Assembly (NCBI GenBank): GCA_905331295.1 | Contig: CAJNYD010000156.1 | Location: 62,001 to 83,789, forward strand | From: Rotaria socialis | Taxonomy: Eukaryota | DNA: 21,789 nt | Direction of reading: 5' to 3' | Shown: in pieces, positions 11,401 through 21,789 of the stretch | Numbering within the stretch: position 1 is the stretch's first letter | How the letters are laid out: every line of letters starts with the position of its first letter | Notes under the pieces: generated by a model | What the model was told of the DNA's origin: nothing | Database searches by the model: none | Seen by the model: the letters and a program-made list of their open reading frames with translations, nothing else | Program-made: the position numbers and the translations under genes

Positions 11401-14400
11401 CAAAAAAGAAACTTAAGAAAAAAGGTTCATCTTCACCCAATAACTATCATACAAGTTCAACATATATCAATGGACAATCGACTCCAACTGCTACATCACC
11501 AACATTACCAAATCCTCCTTCAATTGTATTACCTTCACCAGCAGCAACACCAACAACCACAGCAACTAGTACTCCTTATCGTCCAAAATTGCAAAAGGTT
11601 TTATTTTGCTTTTCAATTTATTAAAATCTTGAATAAACAAAAGAACACTACTTTTAATTAATTTTCTAGAGTACCAGTACAGAAATTTCCTATCCTTTTC
11701 AAGTATCAAAATTAATTTTAAGTCTTGATAGACGAAATACAGCTCAAAAAAGTATTTTACTTTTAATATATATATTTTTCAGCAGCGTAATTTTTTCATA
11801 TAATTTTAGATGATGCCAACCTTGGCCTACGTATAACAGGCGGTCATTCGTTACCAAATTGTATGGAAGTCACAGCATGCATTGAACATCTAGATAAGCA
11901 CCATAGAAATTATAATATATTAAAAATTGCTGTTCAAGAAGGCGAGTTCATCTTAAATAATTAAAAAATGCTTTCTTTAAAGTTGACAATGAATATAGGT
12001 GATGAAGTACTTGAACTTGGTGGAGTATCATTACGTGGGAAAAGTGCCTTATTTGTTCAAAATTTAATGAATTCAATTCAAGATGAATTTGAAATTGTTG
12101 TTCGAAGGTGAATAAAATAAAGATGCTAGAACAATAATAATATAACAATAAGAAAAAATTGCTTTTTATCTAGTCAACATGTAATACCAACAACTTCACC
12201 TCCAATTGAAATTCATAAGCCAGAAAGTATTAAATCAAATAATCGCCTTGCAGTCTTACCAAATTCATCATTAGCTGTTGATCAAACTATTCAACGAAGA
12301 CATTCCATGGATACAACACAACATTCTCAGCAACATTCAGCAAATAATCCAGTTGCTAAATCTCTATCTACCATGTTACCATTACCAACAAAGGAATCTA
12401 ATGATGTATCCGATCAATTACTTTCACCTACAATGACTCGAAAGAAAAGTATATCTTCAAAAGAACGTCTTTTCTCTGTTGAATCACTTCACCGTGCATC
12501 ATCAATGAAATCAGTTGAATATTGTATGAAAGCACCTGTACCGCCCACTAATAATATAAATCCGATTCATAATGACACGTATATTGTACCTGAACAAGAA
12601 CGTACACATTCAATGAAACGTTATGAACAAAAGCCAATATCATTATCTGTAACAACACCTGAACATGTCAGCCATAGAAAAGAAAAAATTTGTTCTTTTC
12701 AAAAAAATAATTCTTTTTTTTATTTTAGGAAATTCTACATGAAGATTCCACCATGTCAACACAAATAACACAACCACCTCGAAAATATGAACTTCGTAAT
12801 AGTTTATTACCAAATGATCCAGGTTTAAATGGAGTTGCAAGTAGTCAAAGTGTTGATCGACGAAACTCGAATGAATCTGATGAAAGTGATAATCTGTCGC
12901 AATACTTTCGTTCTCCCACTAGTCGAAAAAGTAGTTTAATGACAACAAATGAAGTATCCAATGTTCCGAATAAAGATCTACCTCATGAAACTAAACCAAA
13001 TGTATCTTCAAATAATAATAATAATAATACTGCCACAGTAGATGCATCAACTCGTTTGCAAGGCTTTATTAAGTCACCGGAAGAACAACGACCACCGAGA
13101 GATTCCACTGGAGGTAGTTTTATAAGTCATAATAAAATGACGACAGATAAATTAATCTCAATTTTAGGTTCATTTAAATTTTTAAAGAAAAAAACCAAAT
13201 CTGTTGACTTTTCCAATCCAGTAAGTTTCTTATATTTCGTTCGGTTTCGAAATAAAACATAATTAATATTCTATTTATTTAATTAGCCAATTGAAATACG
13301 TGCAAATGATTATGTTGGTGATATTGAATTACAAATTGGACATAATAGTGAACGTGAACAATTGGTTATACGAATAGTTAAAGCGAAAAATTTACTTGCA
13401 AAAGATACGAATGGTTATTCTGATCCATTTGTTAAAGTGTATCTACTACCAGGACGCGAGTAAGTATATAATAGAGTAGATACATCATTGTTAGAATTAA
13501 ATAAAATTTTGTTCTGATGCAACTAACAGAAAAATAGGTAGTTATTTATCATGTATATTTGAATGCAAATGATTTACGACTTGATTTGTGTTCAGTTAGA
13601 AAAAAAATATATATAAATATAGAATAAAATAAAAAGATACAATGAGTTTGGTCATTCGGTACATACGGCAAGTGCTAAAGATTCTTTGAAGACTATATTT
13701 CGTTCAATTGAGTATTTCATTTAATTTATAACTGAGAAGATGAGTCTTAGCAAATGATAATAGAATGTTCATCTTACGAAACAATCTCTAGTAGTGATTG
13801 TACATCGGTGATAATCTGTTCAAAGGAAGGAAATAATTTTTTTCTCTTTTCTATAACTATCTTGAATAGATTGAATATCATATTTTATGAATGAACGTGG
13901 AAATATTCTTTAGTCTATGAAAACGTTTACTCGATATAATCTTGATCTTGTTTTGTTATTCTAGTCAAGAAAATAAACGTCGAACGAAACACATCTCGAA
14001 AAATTTAAATCCTCTATGGGATTATACTGTTATCTATGGAAATATGCATCGAGAAGAATTACAATATAAAATGCTTGAATTTACTGTTTGGGATTATGAT
14101 CGATTTAAAGCAAATGATTTTCTCGGACAAGTAACCATTGATTTGAAAGGTATTTTTCAATAAATATTTTTGCGTTTTCTCTTATGATAGTTTATGTATC
14201 TCTTTTTCTTCTTCTTCTGAATTGTTAGACGCTAATGTAATTGATGATAAACCACATTGGTATCGTTTGCAAGCATTACGTTCACGCGAAGAAGCTACAA
14301 ATCGTGGCTCATCGCCACGTTTATATAAAATGACATCAGTTGATTCAACAGGTTCATCAGCATCTGCATTCAATAAAAGTACGGCCAATTTGCAACCGCC

Positions 14401-14419
14401 TGCCAATCAAAATAAATAA
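8467..14419 (+). CDS. Piccolo/RIM-family active-zone scaffold (Piccolo/Fife/Clarinet-like), 12 exons, ~1350 aa
   Basis: Exons 8467-9029, 9569-9731, 9801-10676, 11004-11597, 11670-11751, 11810-11941, 11999-12107, 12174-12666, 12729-13220, 13287-13459, 13965-14149, 14229-14419 sum to 4053 nt in frame. Domains: LDLSHLNREEQEHIANVLRRAR (Rab-effector-type helix), CQVC-x10-CFQC, PDZ (YPFQVSKLIL...NLGLRITGG...QEGDEVLELGGVSLRGKS...EFEIVVR), Piccolo-type C2A (GDIELQI...[34 protein letters not shown]...LEFTVWDYDRFKANDFLGQVTIDL...PHWYRLQ). Confidence 0.85.
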
Positions 14420-16386
14420 CCGAGAAGCTTTAATAATTTTATTCATATATATTTTTTTCCTCGTTTTGTTTTCTTTCTGTGCTATTTTTTATTTCATATT
14501 CATATATAATTATCTATTCAGATATGAACAAATATATGCATATCGAATTTTATTATAAAACAGAAAAAAGAAGACAGAATATTTACTCGTGTTTTTGTAA
14601 TCTTTCATAAACGATAAATGAGGAGATAATAATAATAATATATTCGTTTTGTTATTTATTTGTTCTATTATATTTGAATAGATTTTCTTTGTAATATGAT
14701 CATTGAAATATGACGATATGCTTTTGTTTTTATATATAAAATATATTGTTTAACATCTATCTATTCAATACTTTTTAATAAATGACATGTAATGTACTAG
14801 TTTTATTTCTTTTGTATGATCAATCCAATTATGATACATCATTTTCTAAAGTTTAATAGCTCATATTATTCTAGCAGAGAAGAGCATCTCATAAATAACC
14901 ACGCACATTATCTGTAATATAAGACATATATGCAATAAATATTGTTTATAGATTTTTAGGCAAATCATGCAAGATGATGAATTAATTTTATATTGACAAA
15001 TATTCACACGCAAAATAAATGACTTCTACGAAAATGTTCAAATATTGTTTCTGCGTGTTTGATTATTCAAATTTTGGTAAATGCTAGATGTCGACTTGAA
15101 AAGTTCGGATTCATGAGAATTATGTGACTAAATTATAACAAGGCGACATACGCAATTAGATATACAGATTTCAGATAGATATTTTTCATTTAAGTGACAA
15201 TACTCATATTTATGTTCAATCAAGTTATATTAATTTTAAATTCTTCATATTTATTAGCACTCAGATTGCATTTCGAATGAAAGTAGTTAGTCAAAAATTT
15301 CTTCTTATAAAATGATGTATTACAGTTGAACCATCTCTCTCTGTCTCTCTCAAGAAATTTTTTTAAAATCGCTTTATTTATTGTGACGCATTCGCCATGA
15401 GGCGCTGGCCGTCTTCTCAAGAAAATTCTATACTGTGTTCAGGTATTTTAAGCACTTCGAGTTTTTACTTATTTAGAAATTTGGTACATGTTTATCTAAG
15501 ACCTCCAATAATTAAATACAGATATATATTTCTATTGCACACAATGTTAAGTATAGTTTACATTGTGATACATCTATATGCATGGAATGTAAAAGTATCT
15601 TGGGAATAAACATGGATCTCTCAAGCTTTCGTATTTGACTGAATAGCAAAAGAGATATTAGTTGTACGACGAGTTCATCAAGTGGAGCTATGCTTAATGT
15701 AATTGACTTTATTATTTTTTGTGTATGACTTTCAAGATTTATTTAGTTTAACTACTTGCCAGCTTCAATTATCTTTTGAATGAAAATTCAGTTCATTGCA
15801 TGGAATACTTTGACAAATACATACTTATTTAAGAAAGAATAACCCTTGAAATTAATTGCAGAATATACTCTTAATTCAATTTCTAAATGTAGAATCTACA
15901 CTGTCCTTGATTGGATACAAATATTAATTATTTTATTACAATATAATAGAGCATGAATGAACAATCACTACCAAACCTAGAAAAAGTGGTTCTTTTATTG
16001 ATATAATTCTCCAATAAAGTAGACTCTTAGTAATATCGATTGAATAGGTACTTCAGTATATTTCACTTTCAATACAAATAGGATGTCAAGAGGGTCATGT
16101 TTTGCACCAAAAGAAACATATATATTAGACTATATATTCATGAAATCTTGTAACTAAATAATAAATATCGCCTAGAGTACGCTTTGAATTCAATATAGCT
16201 ATATGCAAGAATAATTTCTATCGAAGTATTGAAAGAGATATCCTATTATCAACATTTAAATAGAGCTCCAATCGGATATCTTTCTGTAAATAGTCTATTA
16301 GTGGCTAATTAATAAACCTATGCTATCAAATTTATTCTTCCTTCATAAAATAATACTAACGAAAATAATTAGATCTTTTTCAATTA

Positions 16387-16722
16387 CACAGGTGAATGAG
16401 TCCGACAATGGATCTTATCGAATCCTATGGGATCCGATCCGACTCCCCGGCAGAATTCGATAGGATTCCTGAACACGGACCTATTATCGGTTCCAACGGA
16501 AAAAAATCAGAGCCACCAGAGCGCAAGAGTGGTTCGTTAGAATTGGATTTCGTCAAAAATTCAACATCGGATCCGATACCAAGGATCCAACTGTAGGTCT
16601 GTGTCCAGGAATCCCACAAGATTTCGTCGGTTTTATTGAAATACATATGATATTCGGTATATTCACTGTCTAACCCTTGTCGGAATCCTATAGGATCCTA
16701 CTGTCGGAATGACTCTCCTGGG
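16387..16722. mobile_element. MITE-like non-autonomous DNA element with long imperfect inverted repeats, TA-flanked
   Basis: Left end CACAGGTGAATGAGTCCGACAATGGATCTTATCGAATCC versus reverse complement of right end CCCAGGAGAGTCATTCCGACAGTAGGATCCTATAGGATTCC. A second internal IR pairs ~16463-16494 with ~16583-16614. TA lies at 16385-86 and 16723-24. The element is GC-richer than its flanks and has no transposase. Confidence 0.8.
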
Positions 16723-17409
16723 TATAATCAAAAACCCCTTTGAAAAAAAAATGGATATTAAATCATTAAAGATTATGTATAATAGTCATCTGATTTTGAT
16801 TGTAAAAAAATCTTTATACAATAGACACTTTCTATCAGCAATCAAGTTTCCATTATGATTTGTCTTATATTTGAATCGTATGGACATGCGCTTTGTATAT
16901 AGAATGCACCAAGGGATCTTATCGAAATTACGAAAAAACGTCAGTCAATATTATTCCATCTACTATTTACTAATAGCTATTCTTTTATTCTATTAGTTGA
17001 CCTTCTACCAAGTAGCAGGTACTTACTAAAGTAAATTTGCATTATACTAGAAAAAAGCATACTTAATATTACATATTCATGGTGATCAGATGTCGCTAGT
17101 ACAAAGAATGTTATTGAGAAACTAAATATAAATTTGAGGGTGTGGATGTAACTTGAGAAATCAACCACATTCACAGGAATAATTACACTCGCATCCACTC
17201 TAGAACTCAACGTTAGTTGACTCTGGTTTTCGTGCTGTTGGACAAGGCGAAAAAGTACCAAATATATATTTCGTTTTATTGATATTCCTTGGCTTTTCCC
17301 TCTACTGAAAGGAGGGTATTACGAAAAACGAGTTAAATGCGTTCGCTCGTCCAATAGGAAAGCACATGCATAAACTTAACTAACCTCAAACAATATCCTG
17401 TAGGGATAG

Positions 17410-17630
17410 GTTTGACCGAAGGTAGTTGAGGTCGGTGAACACGATGGCGTTGTTAGTTTTTTTTTTTATAAGGGTTGACCGAAGATAATCGGGGTCGGGG
17501 GAGTCGAATTGGAGATCAGATTTTTGAAGTTTCGCTTTCTACCTTTTTTAGGGAGAGAAAGAGAGTTTTTTAGGAAAAAAATGACTCTGTTTAAAGTTTG
17601 ACCGAAAGTTTTTGAAGGGGAGTCATTCGA
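17410..17630. repeat. Three degenerate ~35-nt direct repeats, probably a transposon subterminal remnant
   Basis: TTGACCGAA at 17412, 17475 and 17598. GGTCGG follows in units 1-2 and GGGGAGTC in units 2-3. Confidence 0.55.
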
Positions 17631-18253
17631 TTTTACGTGTAGTTTTTCAAAAACATTTTGTCACCGTTTTGATAAACAAAGACAGTTGCACAGAGGTGTA
17701 TTGTACATAATGAACACGTGAGCTTTTTGAAAAAGTAAAACTAAGTGACCAGCAACTGACGAGTGACTGGTATTTCGAAAGCGTTTAGGAGTACCACAAC
17801 GACGTTATTAGTGGTTATGATCCTAAACAAATAAATAAAGTTGATTCAAATAGGGTAGCGGCTGTCGCTGGATCGAATATTAAATGTTTAATAATCTTTC
17901 ATAGTTCAAGCAAGTTTATAGTGCATTAGGAGCTCTTTAGATTATCGTATTTTCGTGATAGGAATTCTTTGTCGGCAAACTTTTTAAGGGCATCATTCGA
18001 TGATGTTGATAGTGGTATATATATATCGTATGCTTATATTGGATTTTACTACGCATCGGCTATAGGCATCTTGCGGTGAAGTTGATTATTAATTTGGTAA
18101 CGGCTATTCGCGATTGGCGCCCCAGAGGATCGCTGACGAGCGACTAGCTGCTCATCTGGATATGTCGTTGTTTCATTGCGTACGAAAATTTTATTATTTA
18201 AGCAAACATGGTTCTGGAGCATGCTGCACTAAGGTCCTTTTCAACAAACAGTT

Positions 18254-18498
18254 CAGTAGTGTCAAACTTGAAACTTGAATTCAACTGAAACTTCAAGTTT
18301 CAAGTTTCAAGTTTCAGGTTTGACGTTGTTGCTCTGACACTACTGCTTCCCCGATACCCACATTAAGGGTACATATGCGCGTGTAGACAAGCGTATCTCC
18401 CTTCCCCGGCACCCACACCCTTGAAACTTGAAACTTGAAAGTTGAAACTTGAAACTTGAAGTTTCAGTTGAATTCAAGTTTCAAGTTCGACATGTATG
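18254..18498. mobile_element. Fold-back/MITE-like element built from AAACTTG heptamers
   Basis: 18260-18316 is a near-perfect inverted repeat of ~18436-18492. An 11-bp perfect IR pairs CAGTAGTGTCA (18254) with TGACACTACTG (18335). The arms are tandem AAACTTG/CAAGTTT around a ~75-nt GC-richer spacer. Confidence 0.8.
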
Positions 18499-19135
18499 AA
18501 GATCAAGTACTGCAACAAAAAATAATAATCAATGTAGATTGAAAAGAGAAAAATATACAACAATGAATCACGATCATCATTTGCTTGTAGTTGAATTCAA
18601 CGGAAGTTTTCTTCGATTCATTTTAGTTAAAAAATTTATATCAAAGTCATACATATGTTCATAAAACAATTGTTAAAATCAATTGAAGCTTTTCTTCTAA
18701 AAAAATGAAATGTCGAATATGATCACATGCATTACGAACTGAAAAATATGATGATAGCGATGAAAATATTGAGTAAACAAAGCTCAGTAATTATTGTTTT
18801 CAGTTGAAATAATCATTACGAAGCGATCAATGAATCATGAGGGGTTCAGCTTAACTCAATTGTTAGTCACTTCTGATTCGTACATAAAATGAACGACCAA
18901 GTTGAAACATAAGATTATTTAAGATAAAATAAATACCATCTTTCTACGTCCTTTTTTAGTTAATAAAATTGAGCTGTTTGTTTCATGAAATTCTATACGT
19001 TTAGGTCGAAGTTTATGTTCTGTTGATGCAAAAAGATTGAAAAGAATATTAAGAAAAAAGCAGAAGTCATGTTACTAGTTGAATTTACAGTGTTGTTCAA
19101 TTATGTTTGACTTTGACGCAAGAAACAGAAAAACT

Positions 19136-20487
19136 ATGAACGGATCATATATTTGTCGACTATGCAATCTTATTTTACGACAACTATGTTAATTTTCATG
19201 TGAACATCGTTAATGTAACATTTATTTTTCACCAAGGGATATAATAGAATTTACAGAATGTCTTGAACAAAACCAGTGGTATCAAATTATTGTATACTCA
19301 AAAAGTAATTTGTTTTCTTTTTAACGATAATGTCTGATCGTACTTTCGAAGTATAACGAAAAAAGACATGCTTAATAATATTTAATTTAATTAAAATGTG
19401 AATACATCTGATGAATTATTATTTTAGAAGCAGCTTAAAGTTTCACATTACCATCCAATCGGTAAATTTTGTGGAGAAAAATTCAATTCAATTCAATTCA
19501 ATTCAATGATAGGACATGACCAGCACAGACAAAAATACCTTTACTTTGTTTATTGAAAGAACTCGTTAAATAACAAAAATTTAAAATGAATATAATCAAC
19601 TTAAATAAGCGAATATGTTTAAGTTTGTCGAAGTCAATTCCCAGAATATTATGTAATTGATACTTATCAACAAATAATTGTTGTAATGATACATAAATTA
19701 GAGTTAGCAAGTGCAAGAAATTTACCAAACGATAAATATGTTAGATTCTTTGATCCTAGATAATAATTTTAAATTTATTAACAAAACAAATAGGAAAACA
19801 TTTTTAATTTAGATCGAAGTATATTGGTAGCTAATCATGCAATTCTGTTTCATATCATAGTGGTATCGAGATGAAAATCAGAATAGACCAAAGTGCTTTT
19901 TCGTTGGCAGAGTTCTTTCTTGAAATATGTGTTCAAAGTCACAGTTTGCTCGTTTACTGACTATGAACATTTTGCGTCATATTTATTTTATTTCTGTTGT
20001 AGAATTTATGGAATTGTAACTAGGTAGCAAAAGTAAAATATAAGAATGCCAAACTCGATTTGAAGAACGATAACTTGTTTTCATTTCAAAATATATAGTG
20101 AACGAATCAATTAATTCGCCTCCGTTTTATTCATCATCAACTGACTATAAGAAACGAGCTCGACTCTAATTAAATGAGCAGGCAACTGCTAAACGTACAC
20201 TTATGTCACTGTTTTTTGTTTAAATGCGTAGACTAACAAATGATACGATTTTAAAGTTTCTCTTGCATTGCAAAATCACATAAATGTTAAATCGAATAGT
20301 TTTGCGAAGGCTAGGCTCAGAAATTAATATTTCTAGCGGTACAGCTAAATTGTTTTTATTGGCGATGATCCAACAAAAATTTCATTCGTATGTTCGCGAT
20401 GATACAATATTTATTAAAATCATGGTTGATGTTGGTGAAATGTCAAAGGCACCGGTCCATATCCAACAATTATTGATTGAAGAATAA
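19136..20487 (+). pseudogene. Decayed TRAF (TNF receptor-associated factor) gene: RING, zinc-finger and MATH remnants
   Basis: 19136: MNGSYICRLCNLILRQLC*FSCEHR*CN (eroded RING). ~19428-19490: KQLKVSHYHPIGKFCGEKFNSI (eroded finger). 20107 onward: SINSPPFYSSSTDYKKRARL*LNEQATAKRTLMSLFFV*MRRLTNDTILKF, then SEINISSGTAKLFLLAMIQQKFHSYVRDDTIFIKIMVD (TRAF-type MATH). There are multiple in-frame stops. Confidence 0.85.
19481..19505. repeat. (ATTCA)5 microsatellite
   Basis: Five perfect ATTCA units inside the TRAF pseudogene. Confidence 0.9.
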
Positions 20488-21789
20488 GTAATGTTATCAC
20501 AACAATCAATTGAAACTGACTTCGACAAAGATCATTACAATGGCCAACAAAGTTCCACATGAAAACTTCTTTTCTTACTACCATCATCTCTTGTAATCAA
20601 GTGTTTTTTATTAGCTGGTGCTAATTTAGACTCTGATATGTTTACAAGCATTTTTACATTCATTTGTTTAATTACATCATCAGAGTTGAGGACTACTGCT
20701 TTTCAAGAATATTTGAATAATAATAAAAGCAATATACTATCAAAACAGAGAGAGGCATAGTTATAATTAGAGAATCACATTTTAAAAAACATGATTATTA
20801 AAAGTGAATTGGCTTAGCTATACTACTTGAAAAATAAAAATAGAGATGATGAGAAATAATCAACATCTTTGAATTAATATAAAAATTAGTAACATGAATT
20901 ACAGGCATTTTGGTTCGCATTCTCATAGTAGTCGTAGGATATTAATGAACAAGTCATATTTTAAAAAGATAGGTGCATCGTTTTTATGACTTTTTAGATT
21001 AAGAAAAGTTCGCTATCGTTGAATTTCTTTTTCTTATACTTGACAGTACTTGCTATCTGAAAATGTGCATATTTCGATTTTTTAATTTAGTATTGATATT
21101 TTTGAGCAATTCTGCTTGACTTCTTTCAGTCGCTACTTATACATGCTTTAATTTTGTGAATTTAGGAAGAAAAAATTTCAGGATACTTCTAAGTTGCTAT
21201 ACATGTATTGTATCATAAATCATTTTTTAGATTATTTTCATGAGAATGTGAATATTTTTGAAGTAAAAATTCAAATCCGTAAGCGAAATTTCTTCTTTCT
21301 CTTATTTTCAGTGAGTGATAAAATCAAGTATCGAATCGCGGTATAATCTTATTGATTTTATTATATTCAATTTTAAAGAAATGTCAGATATTTTAAAAAA
21401 GTGCTACTTTTTTTTTGACAATGAATAGTCGAAAGATCGAGCATAGACGTTTTTTTAAAAAAATCATCCACTTGCAATCGTAGAGAAATAAATTTTATGG
21501 AATTAAGAATTGTTTTTGCTTTGTCATCATTCGTCGTCTACTCGTCTACTGAATATTTTAGTGTTTCTATGTACAGTTCTATTGTCAATAGAATTCATAT
21601 TTTTAAGTGTTTTAAAAAGAAGGAAAAAAAGCAGTCAAAGTACACAGAAACCGAACAGGGTGTGGGTGTGGGTGTGTAGAAAATCTATCGTACTACACAA
21701 GTTCGATTAGAAGTTGCTATTATAAAACTTTCGTCAGCTGGATACTGGGTAGCAAAAATTTGAGAAAGTCTCCATCCAGGCACAACGTT

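Noticed and set aside
16396..16646. ORFs on both strands (66 and 73 aa)
   Set aside because: They lie inside the palindromic MITE and show no transposase motifs.
16977..17261. 94-aa - strand ORF
   Set aside because: Non-ATG start, no recognisable domain and no supporting exon structure.
17783..17900. H/ACA snoRNA (hairpin followed by AAATAA as an H box)
   Set aside because: The second hairpin is weak and no ACA box sits at the expected position.
17789..18080. Semi-open + frame (EYHNDVISGYDPK...ELFRLSYFRDRNSLSANFLRASFDD) as a gene remnant
   Set aside because: Interrupted by stops and not recognisable as any family. A TBLASTX search would be needed.
18261..18492. CRISPR-like or telomeric repeat array
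   Set aside because: The heptamers are contiguous with no unique spacers and are arranged as inverted arms, there are no cas genes, and the context is eukaryotic and internal.
21190..21789. GTTGCTAT half X-boxes (21193, 21713) and GTGTGG repeats as the promoter of a next gene
   Set aside because: Only half-sites, and no downstream gene is visible within the window.

Overview
Very AT-rich eukaryotic DNA with many short (~55-75 nt) introns. The composition, intron size and TRAF remnant suggest a bdelloid rotifer, which is an inference. The left two-thirds holds three intact spliced genes that I assembled by hand and checked for frame: (1) DNAJB13/RSPH16-like J-protein (- strand, 7 exons, ~339 aa); (2) head-to-head with it, a CDC14 phosphatase (+, 14 exons, ~699 aa); (3) a Piccolo/Fife/Clarinet-like presynaptic scaffold (+, 12 exons, ~1350 aa; Rab-binding-type helix, 4-Cys knuckle, PDZ, C2A). 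The right third has no intact gene. It contains two fold-back/MITE-like elements, a degenerate repeat and hairpin zone, and a decayed TRAF (RING...MATH) pseudogene. The most unusual observation is the CDC14 tail: it is built from three symmetric phase-2 exons, the first encoding two C2H2 zinc fingers, and two of its introns share an identical 14-nt motif containing TGCATG. Most ORFs in the supplied track are exon fragments or spurious.
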